In this document: positions 47,288 to 58,200 of the stretch, piece after piece | Numbering within the stretch: the stretch's first letter is position 1 | Layout: the number at the start of each line of letters is the position of its first letter | Source of the DNA: Phycisphaerae bacterium | Lineage (GTDB): Bacteria > Planctomycetota > Phycisphaerae > JAAYCJ01 | Reading direction: 5' to 3' | Assembly: GCA_041658725.1 (NCBI GenBank) | Contig: JBAZZQ010000003.1 | Coordinates: 22,903 to 86,902 of the forward strand | DNA length: 64,000 nucleotides | Position numbers and translations under genes: made by a program | Notes under the pieces: generated by a model | Seen by the model: only the letters and a program-made list of their open reading frames with translations | Databases searched by the model: none | Told to the model about the DNA's origin: nothing

Positions 47288-47646
47288 ATCGGAAAGTCTC
47301 TCGTATAAAAAAGATGGCTGCCACAATGACAATCCGAGGCCCCGAATCCGGGTACCGGGGTGAATCTTTGGACCACTTCTCTGGCCAGCCGGCATTCCCG
47401 GTTCTTGGATCCGGACATCGTAATTGCCCCGACCATTCTTGCCCGGACGGAAAGATAATCAATGTGCCATCTCAGGGGTTTCTTCTTTCGGCCGTGTCGT
47501 TCAATCCGGGCAGTGAGATTCCGTTGGGCACTTCCCACGTACCCGTAGAATCCCTGCGGAAAATCCATCCGTCCCCGTGCCCCCACCCTGATGGATTGAG
47601 ATTTGGGCAAATAAAAGACCGCAATGTAAACCCCGCTATCGATCAT
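47284..47646 (-). CDS. GIY-YIG-like DUF123 family protein (putative nuclease fold)
   Basis: 120 aa. GVYIAVFYL...GFYGYVGSAQRNLTARIERH fits GIY-(10-11)-YVGS..L..R..H. It also carries the DUF123-typical WHIDYL and a CHCG Cys/His cluster. Confidence 0.5.
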   Translation of the reverse strand: MIDSGVYIAVFYLPKSQSIRVGARGRMDFPQGFYGYVGSAQRNLTARIERHGRKKKPLRWHIDYLSVRARMVGAITMSGSKNRECRLAREVVQRFTPVPGFGASDCHCGSHLFYTRDFPI

Positions 47647-47692
47647 TTTCCTTAACCAGTTACCAGACTCATCAGTTCCTCAATATAGCGGT

Positions 47693-48445
47693 CTACCTCG
47701 GATATACGTTTGCCACTTCAATGATCCGCCATTTGCCATGGACGCGCCCCAGTGAACAACTGATCTCCCATCCCTGCTTGATCAATTTAGTTGCCGCCGT
47801 TGGTACCGAAATGGGCCCGTAGGATGGTTTTTTTCCGCTCATGAATGATTCCAGCCACAGCTTTCCAGACTCAATTTTTTCCACCGTGAAGTGGTCGAAT
47901 TCCAGATAATCCTCGTCGGCAAATTTGTTTGGGTCGAAAGCAAAGTCGCCGACGGCATTATGAAGAATTTGGGCGGCCCGTTCGGCCTTCGGCAAGTCGC
48001 GAGCAGCTACAGCCCCTTCATCGGCACCTTTCTGGGATTCCTCCTCGGAGATATATCCCTTCGCGGCGAGCCACTTCGACAGCTTTTTTGTGGCCGTGCC
48101 CGCCGCTCGTTTCAGGTCCGCCCCGGCCATCACCTTGCGGATCATGAAATACCCAAGAAACATGCCCAGGTTTTCCACGATCTTGTCGGGACCGTAAAGC
48201 TGGCAGAACTCCCGGTGCTCCCCGCCCTTGGCGTTGTAGTATTTGTCAAAAAAGGCCGATTCGGCCTTGGACAGGCTCTCGTAGCCATATCCATTCAAAT
48301 GATTCCGAAGCAGATTAATCACACTCTTGTACTGCGACAGCGTCTTGGACTTCAATCGCTCACGCTGTTCGGCAAGGAACTCGTCAAAGACCTGATCAAT
48401 GGTCGGGTTGGCAATCTGCGGCATCCGAATTATTCTCTCGGCCAT
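47693..48445 (-). CDS. hypothetical protein (250 aa), island cargo
   Basis: Clean ORF co-oriented with its neighbours, 25 nt downstream of the pRiA4b-like gene. No recognisable motif. Confidence 0.55.
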   Translation of the reverse strand: MAERIIRMPQIANPTIDQVFDEFLAEQRERLKSKTLSQYKSVINLLRNHLNGYGYESLSKAESAFFDKYYNAKGGEHREFCQLYGPDKIVENLGMFLGYFMIRKVMAGADLKRAAGTATKKLSKWLAAKGYISEEESQKGADEGAVAARDLPKAERAAQILHNAVGDFAFDPNKFADEDYLEFDHFTVEKIESGKLWLESFMSGKKPSYGPISVPTAATKLIKQGWEISCSLGRVHGKWRIIEVANVYPR

Positions 48446-48469
48446 AGTGTGTCCTCGTCTTTCAGAAAA

Positions 48470-48994
48470 TTACTGCTCGTTATCCGAATCGGCGTATTGC
48501 GGCGGGCTCTTGCCGACGCGCTTGGTCACTTTCGGGTACGTTCCGAGCGGAGCCTGGTCCGCGATTGCCACGACGTTGATCTGATGCCACCAGTCGTCCC
48601 CGAAATCGAACCAGTAACCAAAGGCCTCGTCAACCTTCAGTCCCAGCGAGCCAATGGCAGTCCTGGTCACATCACCAGCAGATTTACGGGTTCCCTGTCC
48701 AGTATTCTCGGACGCACCACAGTTCGTATACCGACGGGCTTTCGGATCCATCGGGCCCTTGCCGCCGATCTGGAACTCATACATGTGCTCATCTTCACGC
48801 TCGAAGGCGCCGAAAATGGCATAGTGCAGGTCTTCGAGCGTCTGGTCGCCGCGAATCTGGATGGTCCGGGAGATGACTTTGTTCTTCTTGGCGAACTTCT
48901 CCGTCATTGGCCCGCTGATGATGGATACGTCCAGCGTGAAAAGCCGATCATCCTTCATCACCCAACCACCGGCTCGACTGCGTTGTTTGGCCAC
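48470..48994 (-). CDS. pRiA4b ORF-3-like family protein
   Basis: 174 aa. The C-terminal motif FGYWFDFGDDWWHQINVV matches the YxFDFGDxWxHxI signature of the plasmid pRiA4b ORF-3-like family. Confidence 0.6.
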   Translation of the reverse strand: MAKQRSRAGGWVMKDDRLFTLDVSIISGPMTEKFAKKNKVISRTIQIRGDQTLEDLHYAIFGAFEREDEHMYEFQIGGKGPMDPKARRYTNCGASENTGQGTRKSAGDVTRTAIGSLGLKVDEAFGYWFDFGDDWWHQINVVAIADQAPLGTYPKVTKRVGKSPPQYADSDNEQ

Positions 48995-49099
48995 GTTTTT
49001 GCTCCTTCCGCCGTACCCGCGTCAAAGTTCTTGTCATAGAATAATCCGACTGGCTGAGAATGTCCACGTTTCGTTGCCAAATCTGTTCATTCTCTTGAC

Positions 49100-49345
49100 A
49101 CAACACCACTAACATCGGTAACCGTTCAGACCATCAATGGGCCTGAACGGTTACCGAAATTCAGCTTTCATGACCTTCGAATATCCTGCATTACCAACTG
49201 GGCAAGGCATCTACCCGTTCACGTAGTCCAAAAGCTGGCCGGTCATAGCGACATCAAAACGACACAGCAGTATTACCTCTGCGTACAGGAAGACGATCTT
49301 GAAAAGGCAAGGCGAGTTCAATCTGAGATTCTGGAAACGACTCCG
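49100..49345 (+). pseudogene. Tyrosine recombinase (phage-type integrase) C-terminal fragment
   Basis: The reading frame encodes ...FHDLRISCITNWARHLPVHVVQKLAGHSDIKTTQQYYLCV..., i.e. box II (HDLR) through the catalytic Tyr motif (LAGHSDIKTTQQYY). The ~300 aa N-terminal to this are absent. It faces the 3' end of tRNA-Asp. Confidence 0.7.
49116..49156. repeat. Perfect 14-bp inverted repeat CGGTAACCGTTCAG-N13-CTGAACGGTTACCG (TIR-like palindromic unit)
   Basis: Read directly from the sequence. The arm is nearly identical to the TIRs of the MITE-like element at 13708-13841, and it sits exactly where integrase homology begins. Confidence 0.6.
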
Positions 49346-49448
49346 ACTGACCAAAAACTGACCAACTCCAGGCAAAATAGGCATTCTGAGGTAAAACGAA
49401 ATGAAAGATCAAGCACCTAAGTCCTTGATCCTTCATCACTTCCTTCAA

Positions 49449-49522
<74 letters not shown>

Positions 49523-49620
49523 GGTTATTTTCAACTCCTTATTACTAAACAATTTCCTACCGATTGTCAAGCGTACACATTAAAATTACAAAAAAACTTC
49601 TTAGATAACGAAATAGGAAA

Positions 49621-51015
49621 ATGAAAAAAAATAATATAAGTTACGAATCTCCCGTCCTGGTCGGAATGATCAGCCTGGGATGCCCCAAAAATCTGGTGGA
49701 AAGCGAAACGCTGCTCGCTCAATTGGCACAGGCCGGATTTGTGGTGACCGGAGATTACCCGCAAGCCGATGTCCTGATCGTCAATACCTGCGGATTTCTG
49801 CGGTCCGCTCAAGTCGAGTCGGCTGAGGTGATTGATGAACTTGCGGAGTATAAATTCCCACGCGGCCGGTGCCGATGCCTTGTTGTGATGGGATGCTGGC
49901 CACAGATCGCCGGTAAGGAAATTCTCGGGCGGTGGAAAACCGTCGATGCGGTGGTGGGCGTTAATGACCGCGGGCGAATCGGTCAGATCATCATGGAAAA
50001 AATGGCGGGCGAAAAAAAACGAATTACGCTGGTGGACAGCAAATGTCTGCCGTTGGCGGGCGAAGGGGAACGGCTGCGGCTGACACCCAGGCACTGGTGT
50101 TACTTGCGGATCAGCGAAGGATGTTCCCAACGATGCTCCTTTTGCAGCATTCCATCCATTCGCGGAACTTACCGCAGCAAACCTGTATCGGCCATTGTCG
50201 ATGAAGCAAAAATCATGATCGCCGACGGGGTTAAAGAAATCATCCTCATCGGCCAGGAAACGACCAACTACGGCAACGATCTTGGTGAAAAAAACGGTTT
50301 ATCAAAACTTCTTGCCCGACTAAATAAGCTTTCCGGGATCGATTGGATCAGACTTATGTATACCTATCCCGCCAATTTCACCGACGCCACCATCCGGGCG
50401 ATTGCCGATTTGGAGCATGTCGTTAAATATGTCGATATCCCCTTGCAGCATATCAATGACCGGATTTTAAAACGAATGGGCCGACGGATCGACCGGGCGA
50501 CAACGGAAAAACTTCTGGAAAAGCTTTTACGGCAAATTCCCGATCTGGCCATTCGCACGACGCTGATTGTGGGTTTTCCCGGTGAGACGGACAAAGAATT
50601 TCAGGAACTCTTCGACTTCGTTCGGGATTTCGAATTCGATGCCCTCGGCGCGTTTGCCTATTCACCGGAACCTGGAACTCGGGCGGCTTATTTATCTGGT
50701 CAGGTCCCGGAACAAATAAGACTCCAGCGGCTTGACCGGTTGATGAAACTTCAGCGCCGGATTGCTTACGCCAAGGCTCGGCAGTTCATCGGGCGGAAAT
50801 TTGATGTTTACATCGAACCGACACCACCTGCGAAAAAAATGCTGGCGGCTCGTGGTAGCCGGCAAGCCCCCCAGGTCGATCCTGTAACTCTGATTCGGCG
50901 GCAGGGGCTTTTGGCAAAATATGCTACACCGGGGATGAAACTGACGGTACAATGCACTGCGTCGCGTGGGTACGATTTAATAGCACGGCTGGACAAGCCA
51001 GCCGTGGCACATTAG
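49621..51015 (+). CDS. rimO: Radical-SAM methylthiotransferase, RimO-like (ribosomal protein S12 methylthiotransferase)
   Basis: MTTase N-domain SLGCPKNLVESE, radical SAM CSQRCSFCSIP, and a C-terminal TRAM-like region. 464 aa. Confidence 0.75.
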   Translation: MKKNNISYESPVLVGMISLGCPKNLVESETLLAQLAQAGFVVTGDYPQADVLIVNTCGFLRSAQVESAEVIDELAEYKFPRGRCRCLVVMGCWPQIAGKEILGRWKTVDAVVGVNDRGRIGQIIMEKMAGEKKRITLVDSKCLPLAGEGERLRLTPRHWCYLRISEGCSQRCSFCSIPSIRGTYRSKPVSAIVDEAKIMIADGVKEIILIGQETTNYGNDLGEKNGLSKLLARLNKLSGIDWIRLMYTYPANFTDATIRAIADLEHVVKYVDIPLQHINDRILKRMGRRIDRATTEKLLEKLLRQIPDLAIRTTLIVGFPGETDKEFQELFDFVRDFEFDALGAFAYSPEPGTRAAYLSGQVPEQIRLQRLDRLMKLQRRIAYAKARQFIGRKFDVYIEPTPPAKKMLAARGSRQAPQVDPVTLIRRQGLLAKYATPGMKLTVQCTASRGYDLIARLDKPAVAH

Positions 51016-51024
51016 AGTATTTTT

Positions 51025-51663
51025 ATGAACCTCAAAATAAATACATTACTGACGCCGAACAATTTGACCCTTGCCCGGCTAGGGCTTTCCGCGGGTTTCT
51101 TCGTGGTCGTTGCCAACTGCAAACCCGGTGGCGAGGGGCATTGGCTGTTCGATCTGGCGATTGTGGTTTTTGTCCTGGCCGCCCTTTCTGATATGGTGGA
51201 TGGATATCTGGCTCGGCGGTACGGGATGGAGACCAGCATCGGACGGATGCTCGATCCGTTCGTCGATAAAGTGATGATCTGCGGTTCGTTTATTTTTTTC
51301 CTCGGAGCCAATTTTGTGGTGGATGGTAAAAACGTAACCGATGTTGCCCCGTGGATCGTTACCGTCGTGGCGGCCAGAGAACTTCTGGTAACCACGCTTC
51401 GCGGTCACAGCGAATCGAAGGGGCAGGCCTTTCCCGCGTCCGTGGCCGGTAAGGTAAAAATGTTTTTGCAGTCTGTAACGGTGGTGGTGGTCCTTTTCAC
51501 GGTGGGTCATTACGGCAAGGAACCGTCGGCCGGAAACGTTCGATTGATTTTCCTGTGGGTTATGGTTATCACCACCCTCGTCTCGATGGTCGGGTACATT
51601 TTGAAATATTTTTCGCTCAATAGAAGTCCGAATATTCCAGAGTCGGGAACTACGAATGATTAA
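51025..51663 (+). CDS. pgsA: CDP-alcohol phosphatidyltransferase (phosphatidylglycerophosphate synthase-like)
   Basis: TPNNLTLARL...DMVDGYLARRYGMETSIGRMLDPFVDKV matches the D-G-x2-A-R...G...D...D motif. Confidence 0.75.
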   Translation: MNLKINTLLTPNNLTLARLGLSAGFFVVVANCKPGGEGHWLFDLAIVVFVLAALSDMVDGYLARRYGMETSIGRMLDPFVDKVMICGSFIFFLGANFVVDGKNVTDVAPWIVTVVAARELLVTTLRGHSESKGQAFPASVAGKVKMFLQSVTVVVVLFTVGHYGKEPSAGNVRLIFLWVMVITTLVSMVGYILKYFSLNRSPNIPESGTTND

Positions 51664-52156
51664 AAAATTACTGGTCAGCTTCCTGGGTTCAGGTTATCTG
51701 CCCGCCGTTCCGGGTACCTGGGGTTCCCTGGCCGCCGCCGTTATTTATTTGCTCCTCGCCAACTCGCGTTTAGGCAAGTCGCATCCAACGCTCTGGATCG
51801 TTACCGCCGGGTTGACTGTTTTGGCAACGGTAATCGGAATCGCCCTGGGCAAATGGGCTACGCGACACTACCATTCCGAAGATCCGAAACCGTTCGTTCT
51901 GGACGAAGTGGCGGGTATGTGGCTGTCGTTGCTGGTTATTCCCTTCGACAATCGCGGAGCCTTATTTCTAATGGTGGCCGTTCAATTCATCCTATTTCGG
52001 TTGTTTGACATTATCAAGCCCACGCCTGCCCGCCAGGCGGAGGATTTACCCTTCGGCTGGGGGATCGTGATCGACGACCTGGTAGCCGGAGTGTATGCCA
52101 ACATCTGCGGGCAAATCATTTTTTGCCTTATTCTACCTCGTCTAGCCCACGGATAA
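51656..52156 (+). CDS. pgpA: Phosphatidylglycerophosphatase A
   Basis: LGSGYLPAVPGTWGSLAA is the PgpA signature. Its start overlaps the pgsA end. Confidence 0.8.
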   Translation: MIKKLLVSFLGSGYLPAVPGTWGSLAAAVIYLLLANSRLGKSHPTLWIVTAGLTVLATVIGIALGKWATRHYHSEDPKPFVLDEVAGMWLSLLVIPFDNRGALFLMVAVQFILFRLFDIIKPTPARQAEDLPFGWGIVIDDLVAGVYANICGQIIFCLILPRLAHG

Positions 52157-52355
52157 GATTTTTTCTATCTAGTTTCTGTTGCGGAAAGGGGTGAAAAATA
52201 TTTTTCCCGTTTCCGTCGATTCAAGTTTCATCCCATTTCATCGGTATTCCTTTTCGGCACGCTCATTTTCCCTAAAAAGTCCCATCAAAACGCCCGCTTC
52301 GCGCAGACCTTCTCCCGCAACGTCCCCGCAAATCGTACCGACGCTACTCGGATCG

Positions 52356-52802
52356 TCAAAGCCGAGTCAGCAAAACCAGATTGTGGCAGAATACGGCCAG
52401 CTCGATACTTGCCGCATAGTGCTTAAATCTCTTCAAAAGACACTTTCCCAGCTTAAACGCCTGTTTTAAGACCGAGATGCTCCCCTCGCAGCCGGACCGG
52501 AACCGCTGGTCCTCCTTGAACGCCTCGGTGTTTTCCCGGGTGATTTCTCCGGCCGTTCGCCGACCCTTCTTGCACATCGACACCGTCGGCATCGTTTCTT
52601 CCAATTCCCGAATCTGTTCCATGTTCCGGTAAAAGCCTTTGTCCGTCGCTAAAACCTTCGGACCAGCGCCGAAGACCTTTTCATGGGCCTGGAGAGTCGG
52701 CGCGAGAAGCTCTTTGTCCTCCTGGCGGTGCGGAAGAACTTCGTAATGATGGATGGGTTTCTTCCGCCACCTCCGCAATTTTATCCTCCCGCCCGTGATC
52801 AA
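52356..52802 (-). pseudogene. IS5/IS1182-like DDE transposase C-terminal fragment
   Basis: TDKGFY (the third acidic-residue region) and the C-terminal CEGSISVLKQAFKLGKCLLKRFKHYAASIELAVFCHNLVLL are typical of IS5-group transposases. Only ~150 aa remain. Confidence 0.5.
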
Positions 52803-53028
52803 ACCAGCTAGTACTTTCCCCTATACAAAAAATAGGGTTTTCCCCAATTGCGGAATTATTTTTTTCAGGATATTCTATTAAAAGATAAGAAGTTAGTTGG
52901 CTTGTCATTACGAATGAAGGAGTTGAGAAATGCGGCAGGGAGAGGGGATGTATCCAGCCGCGCGGTGGTTGTGCTGAACAAAAAAGCTTGAGGGGGAGCC
53001 GGGGGTGAGCACAGCCAAACCAACAAAA

Positions 53029-53085
53029 AGGCCGAGAGGATAAATCGCAGGGGTGCAGATTATCCTCCGGCCTTGTTTGTTTTTA
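53029..53085. terminator. Candidate bidirectional rho-independent terminator (AGGCCGAGAGGATAA ... TTATCCTCCGGCCT flanked by T-rich tracts on both strands)
   Basis: 13-14-bp stem read from the sequence, with TTGTTTGTTTTTAC downstream on the plus strand and TTTTTGTTGGTTTG downstream on the minus strand. Confidence 0.35.
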
Positions 53086-53764
53086 CTTTTCAATTATACT
53101 ATATCCCTTAGATCAGTTTAGCAAGGGACGCGTATGAAAGAATTCAAAGGGATTAGTCGTATCCGAAATATATTGCATAGCTTGATAATTGGTATGCTTG
53201 CCACTTTTACAATGGCTTTTGTAGCATATTATCTACTGCCAAAAGATGATATTACAAAAATAATAAATATGCTAAGACAAATCACGACACCTCAAGTTAT
53301 CATCAAATCATAACACATCTTTCACGGTGAGGTTGGATATGACGAACCGGAAAAAAGTTTTTCTGTGGTTAATCTCGATTACGATTGCCTTGCTCATCGG
53401 TGCGATCTGTTTATTGGTCTGCATAGGTTACAGATACGTGTATGACGATTATTCACAACGAAGGGCGTTTGATGCCCGGATATGGACCAAGCGTGAGGCG
53501 GTGGAGAAATCTCCTTCCCTCGACTGCGAATGGTTGATGATTTGTTGAAAAACCGAAATTTCGTCGGCGACACACGACCGGAAGTCATCGCCGTATTGGG
53601 AGAGCCCGAAAAGACGGGTTACTTTAAAAGTTATGACTTGGTTTATTGGCTGGGACCAGAGCGAGGATTTATGGGGATCGACTCGGAGTGGCTTATCATG
53701 AAACTAAACTCAGAAAAAAGAGTTTCTGAGTGCCGAATTGCCAGCGACTAGCCAAGTGTATCCG

Positions 53765-55216
53765 CTACTCAAGGCCATAATCTTGCCACTTTGTATTGAT
53801 CAGTTTGATAATATCATCCGGCATTTTTAATTTTTCCGGCCAGGGGCGGTGGTGTCCTTCGGTGGGGAGTTTTCGGGTGGCGTCGATTCCCATTTTTGAA
53901 CCGGCACCGCATTCCGGGCTGGCGTGATCGAGGATATCGAGCGGACCTTCGACGGTAAACGTATCGCGGCGGGGATCGACGTTGGCGGCGATATGGAACA
54001 TGACATCTTCGAGGTTGTGGATGTTTACGTCGGCGTCGACGATTACGATGAATTTTGAGAGCATCATCTGGCCAAGACCCCACAGGGCGCAGATTACTTT
54101 TCTGGCTTGGTGGGGATAGGTTTTGTCGATGGAAACTACCAGCCAGTTGTGAAATACCCCGAAGGCGGGCAGGTGGTAGTCTACGATTTCCGGCTGCATT
54201 ACTTTTATCAGCGGTAGGAAGATTCGTTCCGTGGCCCAGCCGAGAAAGGTGTCTTCCATTGGCGGCAGGCCGACGATCATGGTCTGATAGATCGGATCAC
54301 GGCGATGGGTGATGCACGTGATTTCGAAAATGGGAAATTCCTGGGCTGGACTGTAAAAGCCGGTATGATCGCCGAACGGTCCTTCAATCCGCAGTTGATT
54401 CGGATCGACAAATCCTTCAAGAACTATTTCCGCGGTGGCGGGAACTTCCAGATCGACGGTTTGACACTTGACCATTTCTACCGGTTGCGAACGCAGGAAT
54501 CCGGCGAACATCATTTCATCGATGGCTGCGGGGAGTGGGGAGCTTGCGGCGTAAGTAATAACGGGATCGGTCCCGATGACGATGGCGACGGGCATCTTTT
54601 GCCCCTGGCGGGCATATTCCCGCAGAATAACCGCACCGTCGTGAAACGGATGAATGTGCATGCCGGTGTGTCTGTCGTCATAAACCTGCAAACGATAAAT
54701 TCCCGTATTTCGCTGACCGGTAACCGGATGCCGGGCGATGGTCAGACCCAACGTAATATATTTCCCGCCGTCGTCAGGCCAGCATTTTAAAATCGGCAGA
54801 TCATTTAAGGAAAATTTATCCTTACAAACAATCTCCTGGCAAGGTCCGGATCGAACTTCACGGGGCGGGAAGCCAGCGATCTGCATCAGTTGCGGAATTT
54901 TTTTCAGTTTGGCCATCAAACCCACCGGGATGTCCGGTTGAATCAGTTCTTCGATTCGGGAAGTAATTTCGGTATATTCCTTTACGCCTAACGCCAGTTT
55001 CATTCGTTGGTCCGATCCGAATAAATTGATGGCGACGGGCATCGAGGAATGTTTGACGTTTTCAAATAAAAGCGCCGGCCCGGATTGTTTGACGACACGA
55101 TCTACAATGGCGGTAATTTCCAATTCGGGATCGACCGTGGTTTTGATTCGTTTCAGCATCGCGCCGGATTCTATCGCCGAAAGAAACTCACGCAAATCGT
55201 TATAAGGAAAACTCAT
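53765..55216 (-). CDS. ubiD: UbiD-family decarboxylase (prenylated-FMN-dependent; menaquinone/ubiquinone-type)
   Basis: N-terminus MSFPYNDLREFLSAIESGAMLKRIKTTVDPELEITAIVDRV is typical of UbiD. 483 aa. Confidence 0.8.
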   Translation of the reverse strand: MSFPYNDLREFLSAIESGAMLKRIKTTVDPELEITAIVDRVVKQSGPALLFENVKHSSMPVAINLFGSDQRMKLALGVKEYTEITSRIEELIQPDIPVGLMAKLKKIPQLMQIAGFPPREVRSGPCQEIVCKDKFSLNDLPILKCWPDDGGKYITLGLTIARHPVTGQRNTGIYRLQVYDDRHTGMHIHPFHDGAVILREYARQGQKMPVAIVIGTDPVITYAASSPLPAAIDEMMFAGFLRSQPVEMVKCQTVDLEVPATAEIVLEGFVDPNQLRIEGPFGDHTGFYSPAQEFPIFEITCITHRRDPIYQTMIVGLPPMEDTFLGWATERIFLPLIKVMQPEIVDYHLPAFGVFHNWLVVSIDKTYPHQARKVICALWGLGQMMLSKFIVIVDADVNIHNLEDVMFHIAANVDPRRDTFTVEGPLDILDHASPECGAGSKMGIDATRKLPTEGHHRPWPEKLKMPDDIIKLINTKWQDYGLE

Positions 55217-55233
55217 GGGTTAAAAACTCCTCT

Positions 55234-58200
55234 TTACCGGCGTTTATTCAAATGGCTCAACAATAAACGATAGGCCCCGGTTATGGCATTATTTTTCACA
55301 AAAACACGGTAAGCCAGTTCATGGGGGGGCACATATTTGATGACTTGATTCTCCATCTTTCCCTTGACGATCAAACCCGTCGTGGTAAACATGGGAATTC
55401 GCCCCTGACCGACGGAACTCCAATATTCGCTTTCATACCGGGCCAACAAATCCACACCGATTTCATATTCAATTCGTCCACCGGGCAGGGAATTACCTTC
55501 AATATAAATATTCCACGGCTGGCCTAAAAAGATCATATTGTTATGAACAACACCACTGGCTCGTTTGGAAAACCAATTATGCATCCGGGTAAATGAATAA
55601 CGGGTAAGATTCAATCCCGGAAAGATATTGGTTATCCATTCCGGCGCCGCTCGGCCTTCGAGATATCCATCGACGAAAACCATTTTTCCATCGCCCACCG
55701 GATAATTAGGAGCGGTTTGGGGCGTGGTAAACATTTTTCCGGTGGTATTATCTTCCATAATAGAGATGGTCCCGGTGACATAAAGACCGGGAAAAAAGTT
55801 TTCGACGATTGGTTTAAAGGCAGTGGTTGCTCTGATTTCATCAATCGAGCTGCCAAGAACCATCGATGGATTTTCATGAGTCAGGTCCGCCGTAAACTTC
55901 CCGCTGATGGTTCCACCGGAAACCATACTCCAGAATTTCAAATCTCCGGTCACCGGATTTTGCGGTTCGCTTTTTCCAATATCAAGCTGGAACAGAAAAC
56001 TCGATAATTGATTTAAAATCCCGGACCGAGGATCAACCACATCCATCGAATCCGCCCGCATTGAGACCAGCAGATTGGATTTTTCCGCAATCTTGCGAAG
56101 CGGCTGCAATTTCTTCATCAGTTCCTGCTGCCTTAACAAATCGGTCTGCGTTGTGGGCATGGGTGGGACAGAGGATACCGTAGAAGGAAAAAACTCGTCT
56201 GCCGTCGTTTGAAGCATGGTTTTTAATTGTTCCACATCGGTGTATTTTGTGGTAATTCCAACCGTGCCGTTTAGTCCGCCATGAGCAAACAAGGTCTGCC
56301 AATCGGCCTGTAGGTTCGATCTACCCGCCGACATTTCAAATTTGTCGCAGGAGCAATAATCACCGGAGAAATGAATTAATCCGTTGAGCATAACCGGCTG
56401 TTTGGCGAGTTGGGCGCTCGCCTGATCGAACTTTACAAACGACGGTCCAAAACGATCCTTCTGGTTTTCCTTTTCCAGAGTCAACCTGGCCGAAACCTGG
56501 CCGCCGGTGCGATGCCGTGAAGCAATTCCGGAAATACCCGACAATTCGGAAAGGTCCACCGGGTCCAGGTTTAACTGGACCATCCCATCATTTAGTTTCA
56601 TCTGTTTGTCATTGGACCAGTAAATACGGGCATTTCCGCGACCCGCACATTTGATCGGTCCCAATTGAAAACGAATCGCATCGACCAGACAATAATATAT
56701 CCTGGGATCGCGGGCATCGGTCCAGGCATCCAGATTCAAGTCGAAAACACCGGAAATCCCCAGTGGTTTATTGAGTATATTTTTATAAATAACGCCAAGA
56801 TTATCCAATCGGCTGCTGATATGAGTTTCAAGATGATTATTTTTTACTATGGTCTGCACATCAAAATCGGTCCAGCCGGAAAGGCCGTACTTCTGAATGA
56901 GTTGCTCCAGAGATGGATTAATCGCAAAAAGACTGTTGTCGGCGGCTATTCGGCCGGAAACATCAAAATCGAGTTTTTCAATCGGTCCGGTCCGCCAAGC
57001 CAGCCACGGCTCGACCCCCAGCATTTTTAACCATTTACTACCGGAAACGTTGCGAATTTTAAAAGACCCCTGATCTTTCAGCTTCAGAAAACTTTGTCCG
57101 AATCTGGATTCCAAGGCAGAGATTTTAAACGTCGGACCTTCGCCGTCTTCGGGCCTTGGTAAAGTCAAACCGCCTGTAAAAGTAGCGGGAATACCGGGAA
57201 GTTTTAATTCCCGGCCATCGAAGACAATTCCGGAATCTGTGCTGTCGATCTTCCACTGGATACTGTCGCCGGATGAATCGCTTGACCAATTACAACTGGC
57301 GGTCAGCTTGCCGTCGGCGTTGACGTGGTTGTGCAGCAATTTGGATAATCCGGGAAAGGCCGCAATGGTCTTATTGAGATCGCCGATTTGGATTTCGTAA
57401 CGCCCGGAAATTTGGTCCCCCTTTTCCCCGCCCGTTGATGTCCGCGTCACCGCCAATTGGGAAACCAGGTCCTGCCATTTCAAAACACCGTCCAACGCAT
57501 GACGCCGATGATCGGAATTAAATTTATAGTCCAAAGACCCAAACAGAGGAATCCCTGACGATTTATAAAAGACTTCCGGAAAATCAATCCTGGTGTTATC
57601 TGCCCCCACTTCCGTGTGCAGCCGAACCTGCCGGGGCGTCCAGCCGCTATCGGTCAACGCTAATTGAACGGCGCTCGACATTTTCATATCCGCATCGCCG
57701 CCAAACCGTTTGGCCCAACCCGTTTGTTTTAATTTCGGAGAGAGAGAAATCAAGTTTTCCAATCCATGAATGTCACCGGATAGATCACTGACAAAATCAA
57801 GCAGGAAGCGGCTGTTTTGATCCTTCGAAAACGCCCAGACGAGTTTGGCAGGTTTTCGATTCGCGATTTGGCCCCGGCCGCATTTGCCGGTGAAATTACA
57901 CCACATCTGCGGCTGATCAGACCGCTCAGGCCAGAAAGTTTGCAAGAAAAATTCCGCTTTTTGCCCGATGGGTTTTACGAACCAGTCTTTGTACGATAAC
58001 GAAGTCTCACTGGCCAGTTCCAATTTCACATCGGTTCGACCGATGTCTTCCTGTCCGTTGTATTCGATGCGAAAGGAAACCGGACCCGCCAGATTTACCG
58101 TCGAGAAAATGGATTTTAACGGTCGAATGTTGTCACCGACTTTTTCGATTTTGGATGTCTCGGCGATCATTTCGATCTGCCCCAGCCGGCGAATACTGTC

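Noticed and set aside
47891-49039. 382-aa plus-strand ORF spanning the island
   Set aside because: It is antisense to two clean minus-strand genes (the 250-aa protein and the pRiA4b-like gene). The translation is compositionally odd (Leu/Gly/Arg/Val runs) and has no recognisable domain, so it is a shadow ORF.
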